The position numbers and the translations under genes are program-made. Source: Methylococcales bacterium (GTDB lineage: Bacteria > Pseudomonadota > Gammaproteobacteria > JABHGC01). From it: a DNA stretch of 54,880 nucleotides. Under the pieces are notes generated by a model. That model did no database searches, was not told where the DNA came from, and worked only from the letters and a program-made list of their open reading frames with translations. Positions 12,619 through 21,935 of this stretch are shown one piece after another. The DNA is taken from assembly GCA_018672285.1 (NCBI GenBank), contig JABHGC010000234.1:1-54880 (forward strand), given 5' to 3'. The stretch's first letter is position 1; each line of letters begins with the position of its first letter.

Positions 12619-13197
12619 TTATTCCTCCCTCAAACCTGGGTCAGATAAAATAAATTCATCAACGGCCTCAGCTAGGCAGTCAGCAACCAAAATTGTTTGA
12701 AGCGCTTCTGAGTTTTCCACCAAAGTTTTCATACCTTTACCTGTCTTCACCAAAATAGGTGTCGCTTCAACACCACTACTTGCTTCCAAATCTCGCCATG
12801 AGTCGCCAATAGCTGGCGCACCTTTCAGCGATAATTTTAACGTTTTTTCTAACTCTTCAAACAAACCAGATTTAGGTTTACGGCACTCACAATGATCTTC
12901 AGGTCCGTGTGGACAAAATAGAATACCTTCAATTTTACCACCCGCTCTATCGACGTAATCATGCATTTTTTGGTGAATACGATGAAGTGTTTCAATACTA
13001 AAATATTCACGCGCAACACCTGATTGGTTTGTAATCACAAACACTCGGAAACCTGCTTGGTTTAATTTCGCAATCGACTCAATACTACCCGGAATAGGGC
13101 GCCATTCCTCAGGAGATTTGATGTATTGATCCGAATCTACATTGATCACACCATCACGGTCTAGAATCACAATTCGATTGTCGATATTTAAACTCAT
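12619..13197 (-). CDS. gmhB: D-glycero-D-manno-heptose 1,7-bisphosphate phosphatase
   Basis: LDRDGVIN HAD motif, TNQSG, CPH...C.CRKP, GDS. Confidence 0.93.
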   Translation of the reverse strand: MSLNIDNRIVILDRDGVINVDSDQYIKSPEEWRPIPGSIESIAKLNQAGFRVFVITNQSGVAREYFSIETLHRIHQKMHDYVDRAGGKIEGILFCPHGPEDHCECRKPKSGLFEELEKTLKLSLKGAPAIGDSWRDLEASSGVEATPILVKTGKGMKTLVENSEALQTILVADCLAEAVDEFILSDPGLREE

Positions 13198-13200
13198 TAT

Positions 13201-13530
13201 TTAGTCTCTAAATTCACTGACCCGAATTTTGCCATTAATCATACGAGATTCACGTTTATCCAACTTGGCCATTTTATCCCAAAAAGCTTTATTTAAATCA
13301 AAGTCTTGAGAAATTGCTGTCCCTAACACCAAAATGAACAAATCGGCACATTCTTCAGCAAGATCCTCTAAAGATTTACCTTTCGTTACGCAGGCTGATA
13401 TTTCGCCAAGCTCTTCCGCCATCAACGCGACACGGTAAGTTAAATCTTCGCCACCGGTATTCTTAAAGTCATGTTTATCATGAAATGCTTGAACTTTGGC
13501 TAACATACCTTTATAAGAATCTTCGTTCAT
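13201..13530 (-). CDS. MazG-like nucleotide pyrophosphohydrolase
   Basis: LMAEELGE...LAEECADL (EXXE...EXXD), single all-alpha domain. Confidence 0.8.
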   Translation of the reverse strand: MNEDSYKGMLAKVQAFHDKHDFKNTGGEDLTYRVALMAEELGEISACVTKGKSLEDLAEECADLFILVLGTAISQDFDLNKAFWDKMAKLDKRESRMINGKIRVSEFRD

Positions 13531-13541
13531 CTTGTGCCTCG

Positions 13542-15614
13542 TTAAGATTGTAGTTTAGAAATATCTGCAATGTTTAAAAACAGCTGATTCATTTGCTGTA
13601 ATAACGCCAACCTATTTAAACGAATATCATCTTCTTTAGCCATCACCATCACATCTACAAAAAATTGATCCACAGAGTCTCTCAGCTCTGCCATCGTTTT
13701 AAGTGCATCTGTATATTCATGCTGCTGTAACAGTGGCATGACTTTTTCGGTCACAGTATTTAACTCATTTAGCAGAGTGGTTTCAGCAGGTTCTGCCAAC
13801 AAATCGGTATTCACTGCATCAGGTATAGCTTCTTTACTTTTCTTCAAGATGTTACGTACACGTTTATTTGCTGCAGCCAAACTAGAAGAAGATTCCATCG
13901 CTTTAAATTCTACAACGGCTGAAACTCTTGCTTGAAAATCATTAAGATCACTATAGTTAGTCGATAATACCGCATCAAAAACATCCACTGAAAACCCTAA
14001 CTCAACAAAATAGCCTTTGGCTCTTTCCATTAAGTATCGATTAATATTAGTAGCAGTATTTTTATCTGTAACCTTATCGCCTAGTGTATTTAAAGAGACA
14101 TTAATAATCGCTTTAATATCTATTGATAATGATTTTTCAACCACCATTCTAATCACACCTAAAGCAGCCCTACGTAAACCAAAAGGATCTTTATCTCCTG
14201 TTGGTTTTAAACCAATACCAAAAATACCAACAATTAAATCCAATCGATCAGCTAAGGCAATACACAAACCAATATCACCTGCAGGCAACGCATCACCAGA
14301 GAATCTAGGTAAATATTGCTCTAACATACTACTAGCAACGGCTTCTGGTTCACCATCATTACGTGCATAATATTGACCCATGACCCCCTGAAGATCAGGA
14401 AACTCTCCAACCATTTCTGTAGAAAGATCCGTTTTACATAACAATGCAGCTCTATTCACTAAATTAGTATCAGCACCAATAAGTGTAGCAATATTTTCTG
14501 CAAGCACAGCAATTCTTTCACTACGATCATGTAAAGAGCCGAGTTGCTTTTGAAATAAAATATTTTTTAGGCCTTCAACTCTGTCAGACAATTTTGTCTT
14601 CTTATCTTTTTCCCAGAAAAATACACCATCTTCTAATCGAGGCCGAATAACACGCTCATTCCCTTTTTTTATAATATCAGGATCACTACTTTTAACATTT
14701 GCAAGGGTAATAAAATTAGGGAGTAACGTGCCAGATTCTGTTTCTACATGAAAATATTTCTGATGTTTTTTCATGCTCGACACTAGCACTTCTTTAGGTA
14801 AATCTAGAAATCGCCGTTCGAACTCACCGACAATTAAAGCAGGGTATTCAACCAAAGCGGTCACTTCATCTAACAAATCAGAATCAATCACTGCAATACC
14901 TTGTAATCCGTTTGCAGCTTCTTTGACTAATGCTTCAACTTGGTTTTTTCGTTCCTCAAAATCACAAATAACAGAGCCTTCAAGTAATTTCTCTTCATAG
15001 GTTTTTGGCTGCTCAATGGTAATAACACCTTCACTATGAAAGCGGTGACCCATCGTCGTATTTGAGGATTTAATACCTAATATTTCACACTCTACAACTG
15101 TATCATCTAGTAGAAACAACACCCATTGCACAGGTCGAACAAATTCAACACTTGAGCTTCCCCAGCGCATTCGCTTTGGAATAGGCAGTTGATTTAATGA
15201 TTTTTTAACAATTTCAGGCAACAACGCGACTGCATTTTGCCCTTTTTCTTCCAGAGTATATGTCAGCCATTCACCTTTTGGTGTATCAACCACTTGTAAA
15301 TCAGCAACGGTTACACCACAGGACCTAGCAAAACCTTCAGCAGCTTTAGTTGCATTCCCATCAGCATCGTATGCCGCTTTCACCGAAGGGCCTTTGCGCT
15401 CAATTTTTTGGTCTTCTTGAGTGACATCTAAACCCTCAATCAAAAAAGCCAGCCTTCTTGGCGTTGCATATGATTTTATAGAATTAAAACTTAATTTTGC
15501 AGCCTTTAATCCTTCAACCACAGTGGATGTTAATGCATTAGAGAGTTTTTTAAGGGCAGTTGGTGGTAATTCTTCAGTCCCTAATTCAAAAATAAGATCC
15601 GCTTTTTCGCTCAT
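13542..15614 (-). CDS. glyS: glycine-tRNA ligase beta subunit
   Basis: [37 protein letters not shown]. Confidence 0.97.
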   Translation of the reverse strand: MSEKADLIFELGTEELPPTALKKLSNALTSTVVEGLKAAKLSFNSIKSYATPRRLAFLIEGLDVTQEDQKIERKGPSVKAAYDADGNATKAAEGFARSCGVTVADLQVVDTPKGEWLTYTLEEKGQNAVALLPEIVKKSLNQLPIPKRMRWGSSSVEFVRPVQWVLFLLDDTVVECEILGIKSSNTTMGHRFHSEGVITIEQPKTYEEKLLEGSVICDFEERKNQVEALVKEAANGLQGIAVIDSDLLDEVTALVEYPALIVGEFERRFLDLPKEVLVSSMKKHQKYFHVETESGTLLPNFITLANVKSSDPDIIKKGNERVIRPRLEDGVFFWEKDKKTKLSDRVEGLKNILFQKQLGSLHDRSERIAVLAENIATLIGADTNLVNRAALLCKTDLSTEMVGEFPDLQGVMGQYYARNDGEPEAVASSMLEQYLPRFSGDALPAGDIGLCIALADRLDLIVGIFGIGLKPTGDKDPFGLRRAALGVIRMVVEKSLSIDIKAIINVSLNTLGDKVTDKNTATNINRYLMERAKGYFVELGFSVDVFDAVLSTNYSDLNDFQARVSAVVEFKAMESSSSLAAANKRVRNILKKSKEAIPDAVNTDLLAEPAETTLLNELNTVTEKVMPLLQQHEYTDALKTMAELRDSVDQFFVDVMVMAKEDDIRLNRLALLQQMNQLFLNIADISKLQS

Positions 15615-16516
15615 GATGCGTCTCCTTGTTGTTCTGCTGAAACCATTGGGAAACCCAGTTTTTCACGCGCTTCATAGTAAGATTTAGCCACCATTCTCGA
15701 TAGTGTCCTTACTCTTAGAATATATCGTTGTCGCTCAGTTACCGATATCGCATTTCTAGCATCTAATAAATTAAACACATGCGATGCTTTAAGTACTTTT
15801 TCATAAGCGGGTAGCGGTAAATTTTGTTCTATTAACCCCTGACACTGGCTTTCGTAATGATCAAAATCGACAAACAAAACATCCACATCTGCATGCTCAA
15901 AATTATAAGTCGATTGCTCAACTTCATTTTGATGAAAGACATCACGATAGGTTAAGCCTTCATCATTCCAGGCTAGGTCATACACACTGTCAACACCTTG
16001 CAAATACATTGCAATTCGTTCTAAGCCATACGTGATTTCACCACTGACAGGCTTACAATCCAGACCGCCCACTTGTTGAAAGTAGGTAAATTGAGTCACT
16101 TCCATGCCATTCAGCCAGACTTCCCAGCCTAAACCCCAAGCACCCAAAGTAGGTGATTCCCAGTTATCTTCAACAAAGCGAATATCATGAACCGTTGGAT
16201 CTATCCCAAGCATTTGCAATGACTCTAAATACAAAGATTGTATTTCAAGCGGGGAGGGTTTCATGATGACTTGAAATTGAAAGTAATGTTGTAAACGATT
16301 TGGATTTTCACCGTAGCGGCCATCTGTCGGACGCCTTGATGGTTGCACGTATGCCGCCTTCCAAGGCTCAGGCCCTATGGCTCGAAGAAAAGTAGATGGG
16401 TTAAACGTACCTGCACCCATTTCCATATCATAAGGTTGAACAATGGCACAGCCTTGCTTTGCCCAAAATTTTTGTAATAAAAATATCAACCCTTGAAAGG
16501 TTTTCACGTCTTCCAC
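15611..16516 (-). CDS. glyQ: glycine-tRNA ligase alpha subunit
   Basis: [41 protein letters not shown]; GTG start. Confidence 0.98.
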   Translation of the reverse strand: MEDVKTFQGLIFLLQKFWAKQGCAIVQPYDMEMGAGTFNPSTFLRAIGPEPWKAAYVQPSRRPTDGRYGENPNRLQHYFQFQVIMKPSPLEIQSLYLESLQMLGIDPTVHDIRFVEDNWESPTLGAWGLGWEVWLNGMEVTQFTYFQQVGGLDCKPVSGEITYGLERIAMYLQGVDSVYDLAWNDEGLTYRDVFHQNEVEQSTYNFEHADVDVLFVDFDHYESQCQGLIEQNLPLPAYEKVLKASHVFNLLDARNAISVTERQRYILRVRTLSRMVAKSYYEAREKLGFPMVSAEQQGDAS

Positions 16517-16661
16517 GACACCACCAATTATTATGTTGTTAAGCGACTGAATTATACGCAGTCACAGCACTTCATCAATATAAAAAGGGTTATGCCTGAA
16601 ATAGGCCGTTTTTATGGACAAAATCAATGAAATACGCGTCTAAAAATGATAAGTTTGAATC

Positions 16662-16695
16662 ATCAATATCAATGTTTGTTGATATTGATTATAAT
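16662..16695 (+). promoter_or_regulatory. palindromic operator immediately followed by a TATAAT -10 box
   Basis: ATCAATATCAA-TGTTTG-TTGATATTGAT (16662-16689, perfect 11-bp arms), then TATAAT at 16690-16695. Confidence 0.65.
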
Positions 16696-16752
16696 AACAA
16701 AGTCTAAGATACTTATTTTGTGTTTAATAATCTATATAGAAGGGAAGCAAAG

Positions 16753-17097
16753 ATGAAACATCTTTCAAAAATGTTTGCAGTTATTATGTTGGTTTCTGCA
16801 GGTTCAATTGCACCTGTGAGCGATGCACAGGCATGGAACATGATGCCTTGGAATAACAATGGCGGTGATATGCCTTGGAATGGTAACGGGATGCCTTGGA
16901 ATGGTAACAACAACTGGGCACCTTGGAACAACAACAATGGTTGGAACAACGGCTGGCGTCCATGGAACAACGGCGGTTATGGCGCACCTTATGGTTATGC
17001 ACCTTATGGTTATGGCGCACCTTACGGTTATGCTCCACAAGTAGCACCACCAGTAATGCCTATGCCAGCTCCAGCAGCACCTACAGCGGCTCAATAA
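16753..17097 (+). CDS. sulfur globule envelope protein-like (SgpA/B, CV1-type) secreted low-complexity protein
   Basis: Signal peptide ending AQA, then PWN repeats, GYGAPY repeats and a Pro/Ala tail; composition typical of Sgp proteins. Start ATG 16753 follows an AGGGA RBS. Confidence 0.75.
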   Translation: MKHLSKMFAVIMLVSAGSIAPVSDAQAWNMMPWNNNGGDMPWNGNGMPWNGNNNWAPWNNNNGWNNGWRPWNNGGYGAPYGYAPYGYGAPYGYAPQVAPPVMPMPAPAAPTAAQ

Positions 17098-17107
17098 CCA
17101 CTGTTCA

Positions 17108-17133
17108 ATAGGTAAGGCATTCGCCTTGCCTAT
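17108..17133 (+). terminator. hairpin after the sgp-like gene
   Basis: ATAGGTAAGGC-ATTC-GCCTTGCCTAT with G-U pairing and a weak U tract. Confidence 0.55.
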
Positions 17134-17238
17134 CTCTAAACCTAAGTAATCTCAGTAAATTTCCGAATATCTAGCTAATTAAACACTGTCTAGAATAATG
17201 ATATAACAAAAAATTATATCCTTATGAATGGTGTTTAT

Positions 17239-17766
17239 ATGCCTAAATTACTCATAGAACCGACAGCAACTGCATCCTGGCAAACATTAATTCAACAAGC
17301 GGCCAACGACTCGAAGATTACAATCGATAGTGATTTAGAAAGTTATTTGGTTTTTCTGTTGATGCGTTTTTTAAAAGAAAATCAGTTAGGTCATTTGATG
17401 ATGGGTATGGAGTACCTTAATGCTCAAACCCAAATAGGTCATCATCAACAAGAACAGCTTAGAGATGTTGCTGATCATTGTCTTTTATTATCAGGGCTTT
17501 ACCCTCAAATTGCAGATAAACGTAATGTCAATATTAGCTATTTTGTCAATTTAGGTAGAACGGCTTATCTAGACTTATCCAATAGTCTTAAACATGCAGG
17601 AAGCCTTCTGTATAAAGCCGTCAGTCAATCCTTTGTACTCCTTATGGATATTCTTTTAACGATCCGAAGTTACACAAGTACCCCAGTTCTTAAGCCCTTA
17701 CAAGCTTTTAACCTTTGGACCGATACCGGTAGTTTTGTTGCACAAAAATCAATTCACCCTGTTTAG
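17239..17766 (+). CDS. conserved-looking hypothetical protein abutting oriC
   Basis: Intact ORF (ESYLVFLLMRF; LRDVADHCLLLSGLYP) with a GGTG RBS before ATG 17239. No function recognised. Confidence 0.75.
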   Translation: MPKLLIEPTATASWQTLIQQAANDSKITIDSDLESYLVFLLMRFLKENQLGHLMMGMEYLNAQTQIGHHQQEQLRDVADHCLLLSGLYPQIADKRNVNISYFVNLGRTAYLDLSNSLKHAGSLLYKAVSQSFVLLMDILLTIRSYTSTPVLKPLQAFNLWTDTGSFVAQKSIHPV

Positions 17767-17769
17767 CGG

Positions 17770-18020
17770 GTTTATCCTAGCTGTTATTAATAATAAAGAA
17801 TTATTAATACTTCTTTATTATTATTATTAGGCGCAACTTTTCTGTGGATAACTTTATAAAGTGATTTTTTATCATGATGTTATCCACAAAAAGGTGTGTG
17901 CAAATCCCGTCTAAAAAACCCCTTTTCTCCCTTTGATAATCTGTGGACTGTTTCATCGCCTTTTAACCGCACACACTTTACCCTTACTTTTCCCCAGTCT
18001 TATACGAGATTTATCCACAT
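17770..18020. other. chromosomal replication origin oriC
   Basis: AT-only tract 17784-17829 ending (TTA)n-TAG, a GC spacer GGCGC, and DnaA boxes TGTGGATAA 17843-17851, TTATCCACA 17880-17888 and TTATCCACA 18011-18019. IHF-like TATCATGATGTTA at 17870-17882, with weaker boxes in between. Confidence 0.85.
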
Positions 18021-18062
18021 ACATTCCGTATACTCGCTAAAAATGTGTTTGGATGAAAGAAA

Positions 18063-19106
18063 ATGGAAAGACAAAGAAAGGCAGTCGCATTGATATCAGG
18101 AGGCTTAGACTCTCTGTTAGCTGCTAAAGTGATGCTGGATCAAGGGATCCATGTTGAAGGGATTAATTTTTTTACCGGTTTTTGTGTTGAAGGGCATACT
18201 CATGCCATTCGTAAAAAAGATAAAGATAAACAGAAACGTAATAACGCCCTATGGTCAGCTGAGCAGCTGGGTATAAAACTGCATATTGTTGATATTATTG
18301 AAGAATACAAAGATATTGTGATCAATCCTAAGCATGGTTATGGGAAGAACTTAAACCCATGTTTAGATTGTAAAATCTTTATGGTTAAGAAAGCCTATGA
18401 ATGGATTCAAGAGCATGACTTTGATTTTATTATTACAGGTGAAGTCATCGGTCAAAGACCAATGTCTCAACGTAAAGAAATTTTACCAGTGGTTGCCAAT
18501 GAGTCAGGTGCCGAGGATTTATTACTCAGACCTTTGTGCGCTAAAAATTTACCTGAAACCAAAGTGGAAAGAGAAGGTTGGGTAGATCGGGAAAAATTGC
18601 ATGATTTTAGTGGCCGGAACCGTAAGCCACAAATGGCGCTTGCCAAAGCAATGAACTTTGAAGATTATGCAACACCCGCCGGTGGCTGCTGTTTTTTAAC
18701 GGATAAAAGTTATTCGAAAAAGCTTGGTGATCTTTGGGAGCACCGCGGAGAGAAGAAATACGAACTTGATGACATCATGTTGTTAAAAGTGGGGCGTCAT
18801 ATCCGACCTAATGAACGTTTTAAAATGATTGTGTCGAGAGAAGAGGGTGAAAACCATTTTCTACAAGGCTACCGGAAGCAGTTTGATAGTTTACAAATTT
18901 TAAACTTTGGTGGGCCAATGACTTTAGTGGATGGTATCACCAGTGATGAAGATTGTGAGGTAGCAGCAAAAATAGTCGCTCGCTACAGCCAAGGTAAGCA
19001 TGAAAAATCGGTGACAGTAGAATACCGACGTAAGGATGGTGAAGTTTTTGAAATTAACGTTGCACCATTTAAGGGCGATGAAATACCTGAGATTTGGCAT
19101 GTATGA
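18063..19106 (+). CDS. PP-loop tRNA thiouridylase-like protein (ThiI/MnmA-related, with a C-terminal extension)
   Basis: SGGLDS PP-loop, NPCLDCK, TGEVIGQRPMSQ, LLRPL, GGCCFL; no THUMP domain evident. Confidence 0.75.
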   Translation: MERQRKAVALISGGLDSLLAAKVMLDQGIHVEGINFFTGFCVEGHTHAIRKKDKDKQKRNNALWSAEQLGIKLHIVDIIEEYKDIVINPKHGYGKNLNPCLDCKIFMVKKAYEWIQEHDFDFIITGEVIGQRPMSQRKEILPVVANESGAEDLLLRPLCAKNLPETKVEREGWVDREKLHDFSGRNRKPQMALAKAMNFEDYATPAGGCCFLTDKSYSKKLGDLWEHRGEKKYELDDIMLLKVGRHIRPNERFKMIVSREEGENHFLQGYRKQFDSLQILNFGGPMTLVDGITSDEDCEVAAKIVARYSQGKHEKSVTVEYRRKDGEVFEINVAPFKGDEIPEIWHV

Positions 19107-19330
19107 TAGAACTTGATGCGAGAAAGTTATTTTGCCCAATGCCTGTGATTAAAATGCAAGACGAAGTGGCGAAACACCCCGTTGGTACACTTATTCGGAT
19201 ATGCAGTTCTGACCCTGGTGCATTGAATGATATCCCTGCTTGGGCTCGAATTCATGGTCATAAGTTAATTGAATCTGAAACAGTTGAAAGAGAGTATTTT
19301 GTCACAGTAGAAGTTTGCGAGGACAAATGA
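19103..19330 (+). CDS. TusA/SirA-family sulfur carrier
   Basis: LDARKLFCPMP, SDPG...DIPAW; ATGA overlap with the upstream gene. Confidence 0.88.
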   Translation: MIELDARKLFCPMPVIKMQDEVAKHPVGTLIRICSSDPGALNDIPAWARIHGHKLIESETVEREYFVTVEVCEDK

Positions 19331-19366
19331 TCTAAAATGGTGCGTATAATGCACCAATACAGTGCA
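19328..19366. promoter_or_regulatory. tandem NtrC-binding sites upstream of glnA
   Basis: TGATCTAAAATGGTGCG (19328-19344) and TGCACCAATACAGTGCA (19350-19366) against the consensus TGCACCA-N3-TGGTGCA. Confidence 0.7.
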
Positions 19367-19501
19367 AATACTGCTATAAATTATCCTCTGATATTTTATA
19401 GCAGTTGAAAACTTTTTCATAAATGAATATATTCTGGAACACTAAAAAAACGTTTTATAAACATTCGTTTATGCTATTAAACTAATACCATTGGAGTTCT
19501 T

Positions 19502-20905
19502 ATGTCAGAAGTGATTCAAACGATTAAAGACAAAGAAGTAAAGTTTGTTGATTTACGCTTTACCGATACTCGTGGTAAAGAACAACACGTCACTATTCCC
19601 GCACGCACCATCAATGATGAATTTTTATCGTCAGGCCAAATGTTTGATGGATCAAGTATTTCTGGCTGGAAGGGGATTGACGAATCAGACATGATTTTAA
19701 TGCCAGATCAAACGACAGCCGTTATTGACCCGTTCTCTGAAGAAACCACAATGAATCTTCGTTGTGACATTCTTGAACCTAAAACAATGCAAGGTTATGA
19801 GAGAGACCCACGTTCAATTGCTAAGCGTGCTGAAGCGTATGTACAAACAACCGGAATTGCAGATACCGCTTTTTTTGGGCCAGAGCCTGAATTTTTTATT
19901 CTCGACGATGTGCGTTGGGGCTCCGATATGCGCGGTTCATTCTGTAAAGTAGATTCAGAAGAAGCCGATTGGAATACCGAAAAAGTTTATGCTGACGGTA
20001 ACTTAGGTCATAGACCTAGAGTGAAAGGCGGCTACTTCCCAGTACCACCCGTAGATTCATTACATGATTTAAGAACAGCAATGTGTTTGGCACTGGAAGA
20101 AATGGGGGTTGAAGTTGAAGTTCACCATCATGAAGTTGCCACAGCAGGGCAGTGTGAAATTGGTACCTTGTTCAATACGTTAACTAAACGTGGTGATCAA
20201 AACCAAATCATGAAATATGTTATTCAAAATATTGCACACATTTATGGCAAAACAGCGACCTTCATGCCTAAACCAATCGTTGGTGATAATGGTAGTGGTA
20301 TGCACGTGCATCAATCATTAGCAAAAGAGGGTAACAACATCTTTGCAGGTGATAAATACGCAGGCCTTTCTCAAGAAGCGTTATGGTACATTGGCGGAAT
20401 CTTTAAGCATGCGCGTTCTTTAAATGCCTTCACTAATGCTTCAACCAACAGTTACAAGCGTTTGGTACCAGGCTTTGAGGCACCCGTGATGTTGGCCTAT
20501 TCAGCGCGTAATCGCTCAGCTTCCGTTCGAATCCCACACGTGACAAACCCTAAAGGAACGCGCGTAGAAGTGAGATTTCCTGATGCAGCGGGTAACCCTT
20601 ACTTAACGTTCTCAGCGTTATTAATGGCAGGCCTTGATGGGATCAAGAATAAAATTGACCCAGGTGAAGCGATGGACAAAGACCTTTATGATTTACCTGC
20701 TGAAGAAGCGAAAGCCATTCCAACAGTGTGTCATTCGCTAGATCAAGCATTAGAAGCACTTGCAGCAGATTGTGACTACTTAACCGAAGGGGATGTATTC
20801 ACTAAAGATATGATTGATGGATATATTGAGCTTAAAAATGAAGAAGTGACTCGTTTGCGAATGACCACTCACCCTGTTGAGTTTGATATGTACTACAGTC
20901 TGTAA
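19502..20905 (+). CDS. glnA: glutamine synthetase type I
   Basis: [32 protein letters not shown] adenylylation region, [10 protein letters not shown]. Confidence 0.99.
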   Translation: MSEVIQTIKDKEVKFVDLRFTDTRGKEQHVTIPARTINDEFLSSGQMFDGSSISGWKGIDESDMILMPDQTTAVIDPFSEETTMNLRCDILEPKTMQGYERDPRSIAKRAEAYVQTTGIADTAFFGPEPEFFILDDVRWGSDMRGSFCKVDSEEADWNTEKVYADGNLGHRPRVKGGYFPVPPVDSLHDLRTAMCLALEEMGVEVEVHHHEVATAGQCEIGTLFNTLTKRGDQNQIMKYVIQNIAHIYGKTATFMPKPIVGDNGSGMHVHQSLAKEGNNIFAGDKYAGLSQEALWYIGGIFKHARSLNAFTNASTNSYKRLVPGFEAPVMLAYSARNRSASVRIPHVTNPKGTRVEVRFPDAAGNPYLTFSALLMAGLDGIKNKIDPGEAMDKDLYDLPAEEAKAIPTVCHSLDQALEALAADCDYLTEGDVFTKDMIDGYIELKNEEVTRLRMTTHPVEFDMYYSL

Positions 20906-20957
20906 AAAGGCAATTTAAATAGTTATCACGTTACATAATTAATGTGCGCTATTTCAT

Positions 20958-20991
20958 AAAAACCTAAGTTGCTTAGCACTTAGGTTTTTTT
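20958..20991 (+). terminator. rho-independent terminator after glnA
   Basis: AAAAACCTAAGT-N8-ACTTAGGTTTTTTT. Confidence 0.75.
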
Positions 20992-21114
20992 ATGTGTGCT
21001 ATTTCAGACAAACGCACTTATTTTTGAGATAAAATGAAAATGCGTTGCAAAATAGTGTGTCATACTGATAGTAGATAATTGTTTAATGATATATTTCCCA
21101 AAGAGAGCCATACC

Positions 21115-21861
21115 ATGAAAAGAATCGGATTCTTAGTTGCGTGCTGCTTTATGAGCCAAATGGCGACAGCTGCTGTTTATAAATGTACTGATGAGACTGG
21201 CAAAACCACTTATTCGAATATTCCTGGGCCAAATTGTACTAACAAAGAATCCATTCATGTGCCGACAACAGGTGACACGAATACGGATGATGCAAGTACT
21301 CAAAAATTTGATGCTGAACTGGGTAAGTATCGCCATGTTGGTGTGACAAAACCTGTTGATGGACAAACCTTTTTCTTAAATAGTGGGGAGTTGGTCGTCA
21401 ATGTTTTAACTCGGCCTAAGCTGCGTCGAACCCATAAAATTCAGGTCGAAGTGTCAGGGGCTGATATTTCTTTACCAGGTCGAAATAGAAGTATTAAAGT
21501 AGGTGGTGTCGGAGTTGGCCCACATACCGTTGTGGCTAAAATTTTAGATAAACGAGGCAAAGTGGTCTCAAGTTCTAAGCCAATTAACATACATGTTCAA
21601 AAATCGACTCAAGTGAAAAACCAAGAAACCAAGGATCTTGATGGTAATGGGAATTTTGATAGAACAGGTCAAACATCATCAGCAGGCGGGAATACAAACT
21701 TAACAGATCAAAGTAGTTTAGGCTCTCAGGTTGCAAGAGATCAAAATGGCAACCTTGTTCAAGGTACCAATAACCCAGGTAATGCCGGATCTAATGCCAA
21801 CAACAGAATCAACTCTAGTTTTGGTGGTGCAAAAGGCTTTGGAAATAAGAGCGCGTTCTAA
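21115..21861 (+). CDS. secreted DUF4124-domain protein with a Gly/Asn-rich tail
   Basis: Signal peptide, VYKCTDETGKTTYSNIP (DUF4124 pattern), Ig-like middle region (G.HT), low-complexity C-terminus. Confidence 0.75.
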   Translation: MKRIGFLVACCFMSQMATAAVYKCTDETGKTTYSNIPGPNCTNKESIHVPTTGDTNTDDASTQKFDAELGKYRHVGVTKPVDGQTFFLNSGELVVNVLTRPKLRRTHKIQVEVSGADISLPGRNRSIKVGGVGVGPHTVVAKILDKRGKVVSSSKPINIHVQKSTQVKNQETKDLDGNGNFDRTGQTSSAGGNTNLTDQSSLGSQVARDQNGNLVQGTNNPGNAGSNANNRINSSFGGAKGFGNKSAF

Positions 21862-21906
21862 ATAATCTCGTTCACTATTTGACCAATACTGGTTGAACTA
21901 CCAGTA

Positions 21907-21923
21907 TTGGCGTAGTTTTTGCT
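21907..21923 (+). promoter_or_regulatory. sigma54 (-24/-12) promoter of ntrBC
   Basis: TTGGCGTAGTTTTTGCT, with GG-N10-GC spacing. Confidence 0.7.
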
Positions 21924-21935
21924 AATATTATTTAC

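Noticed and set aside
16713-17111. Multiple overlapping alternative ORFs at the sgp-like locus
   Set aside because: They are by-products of repetitive, stop-poor sequence. Only the frame starting at 16753 has an RBS and a signal peptide.
17896-18093. 65-aa ORF across the origin
   Set aside because: It overlaps DnaA boxes and the next gene and has no protein-like features.
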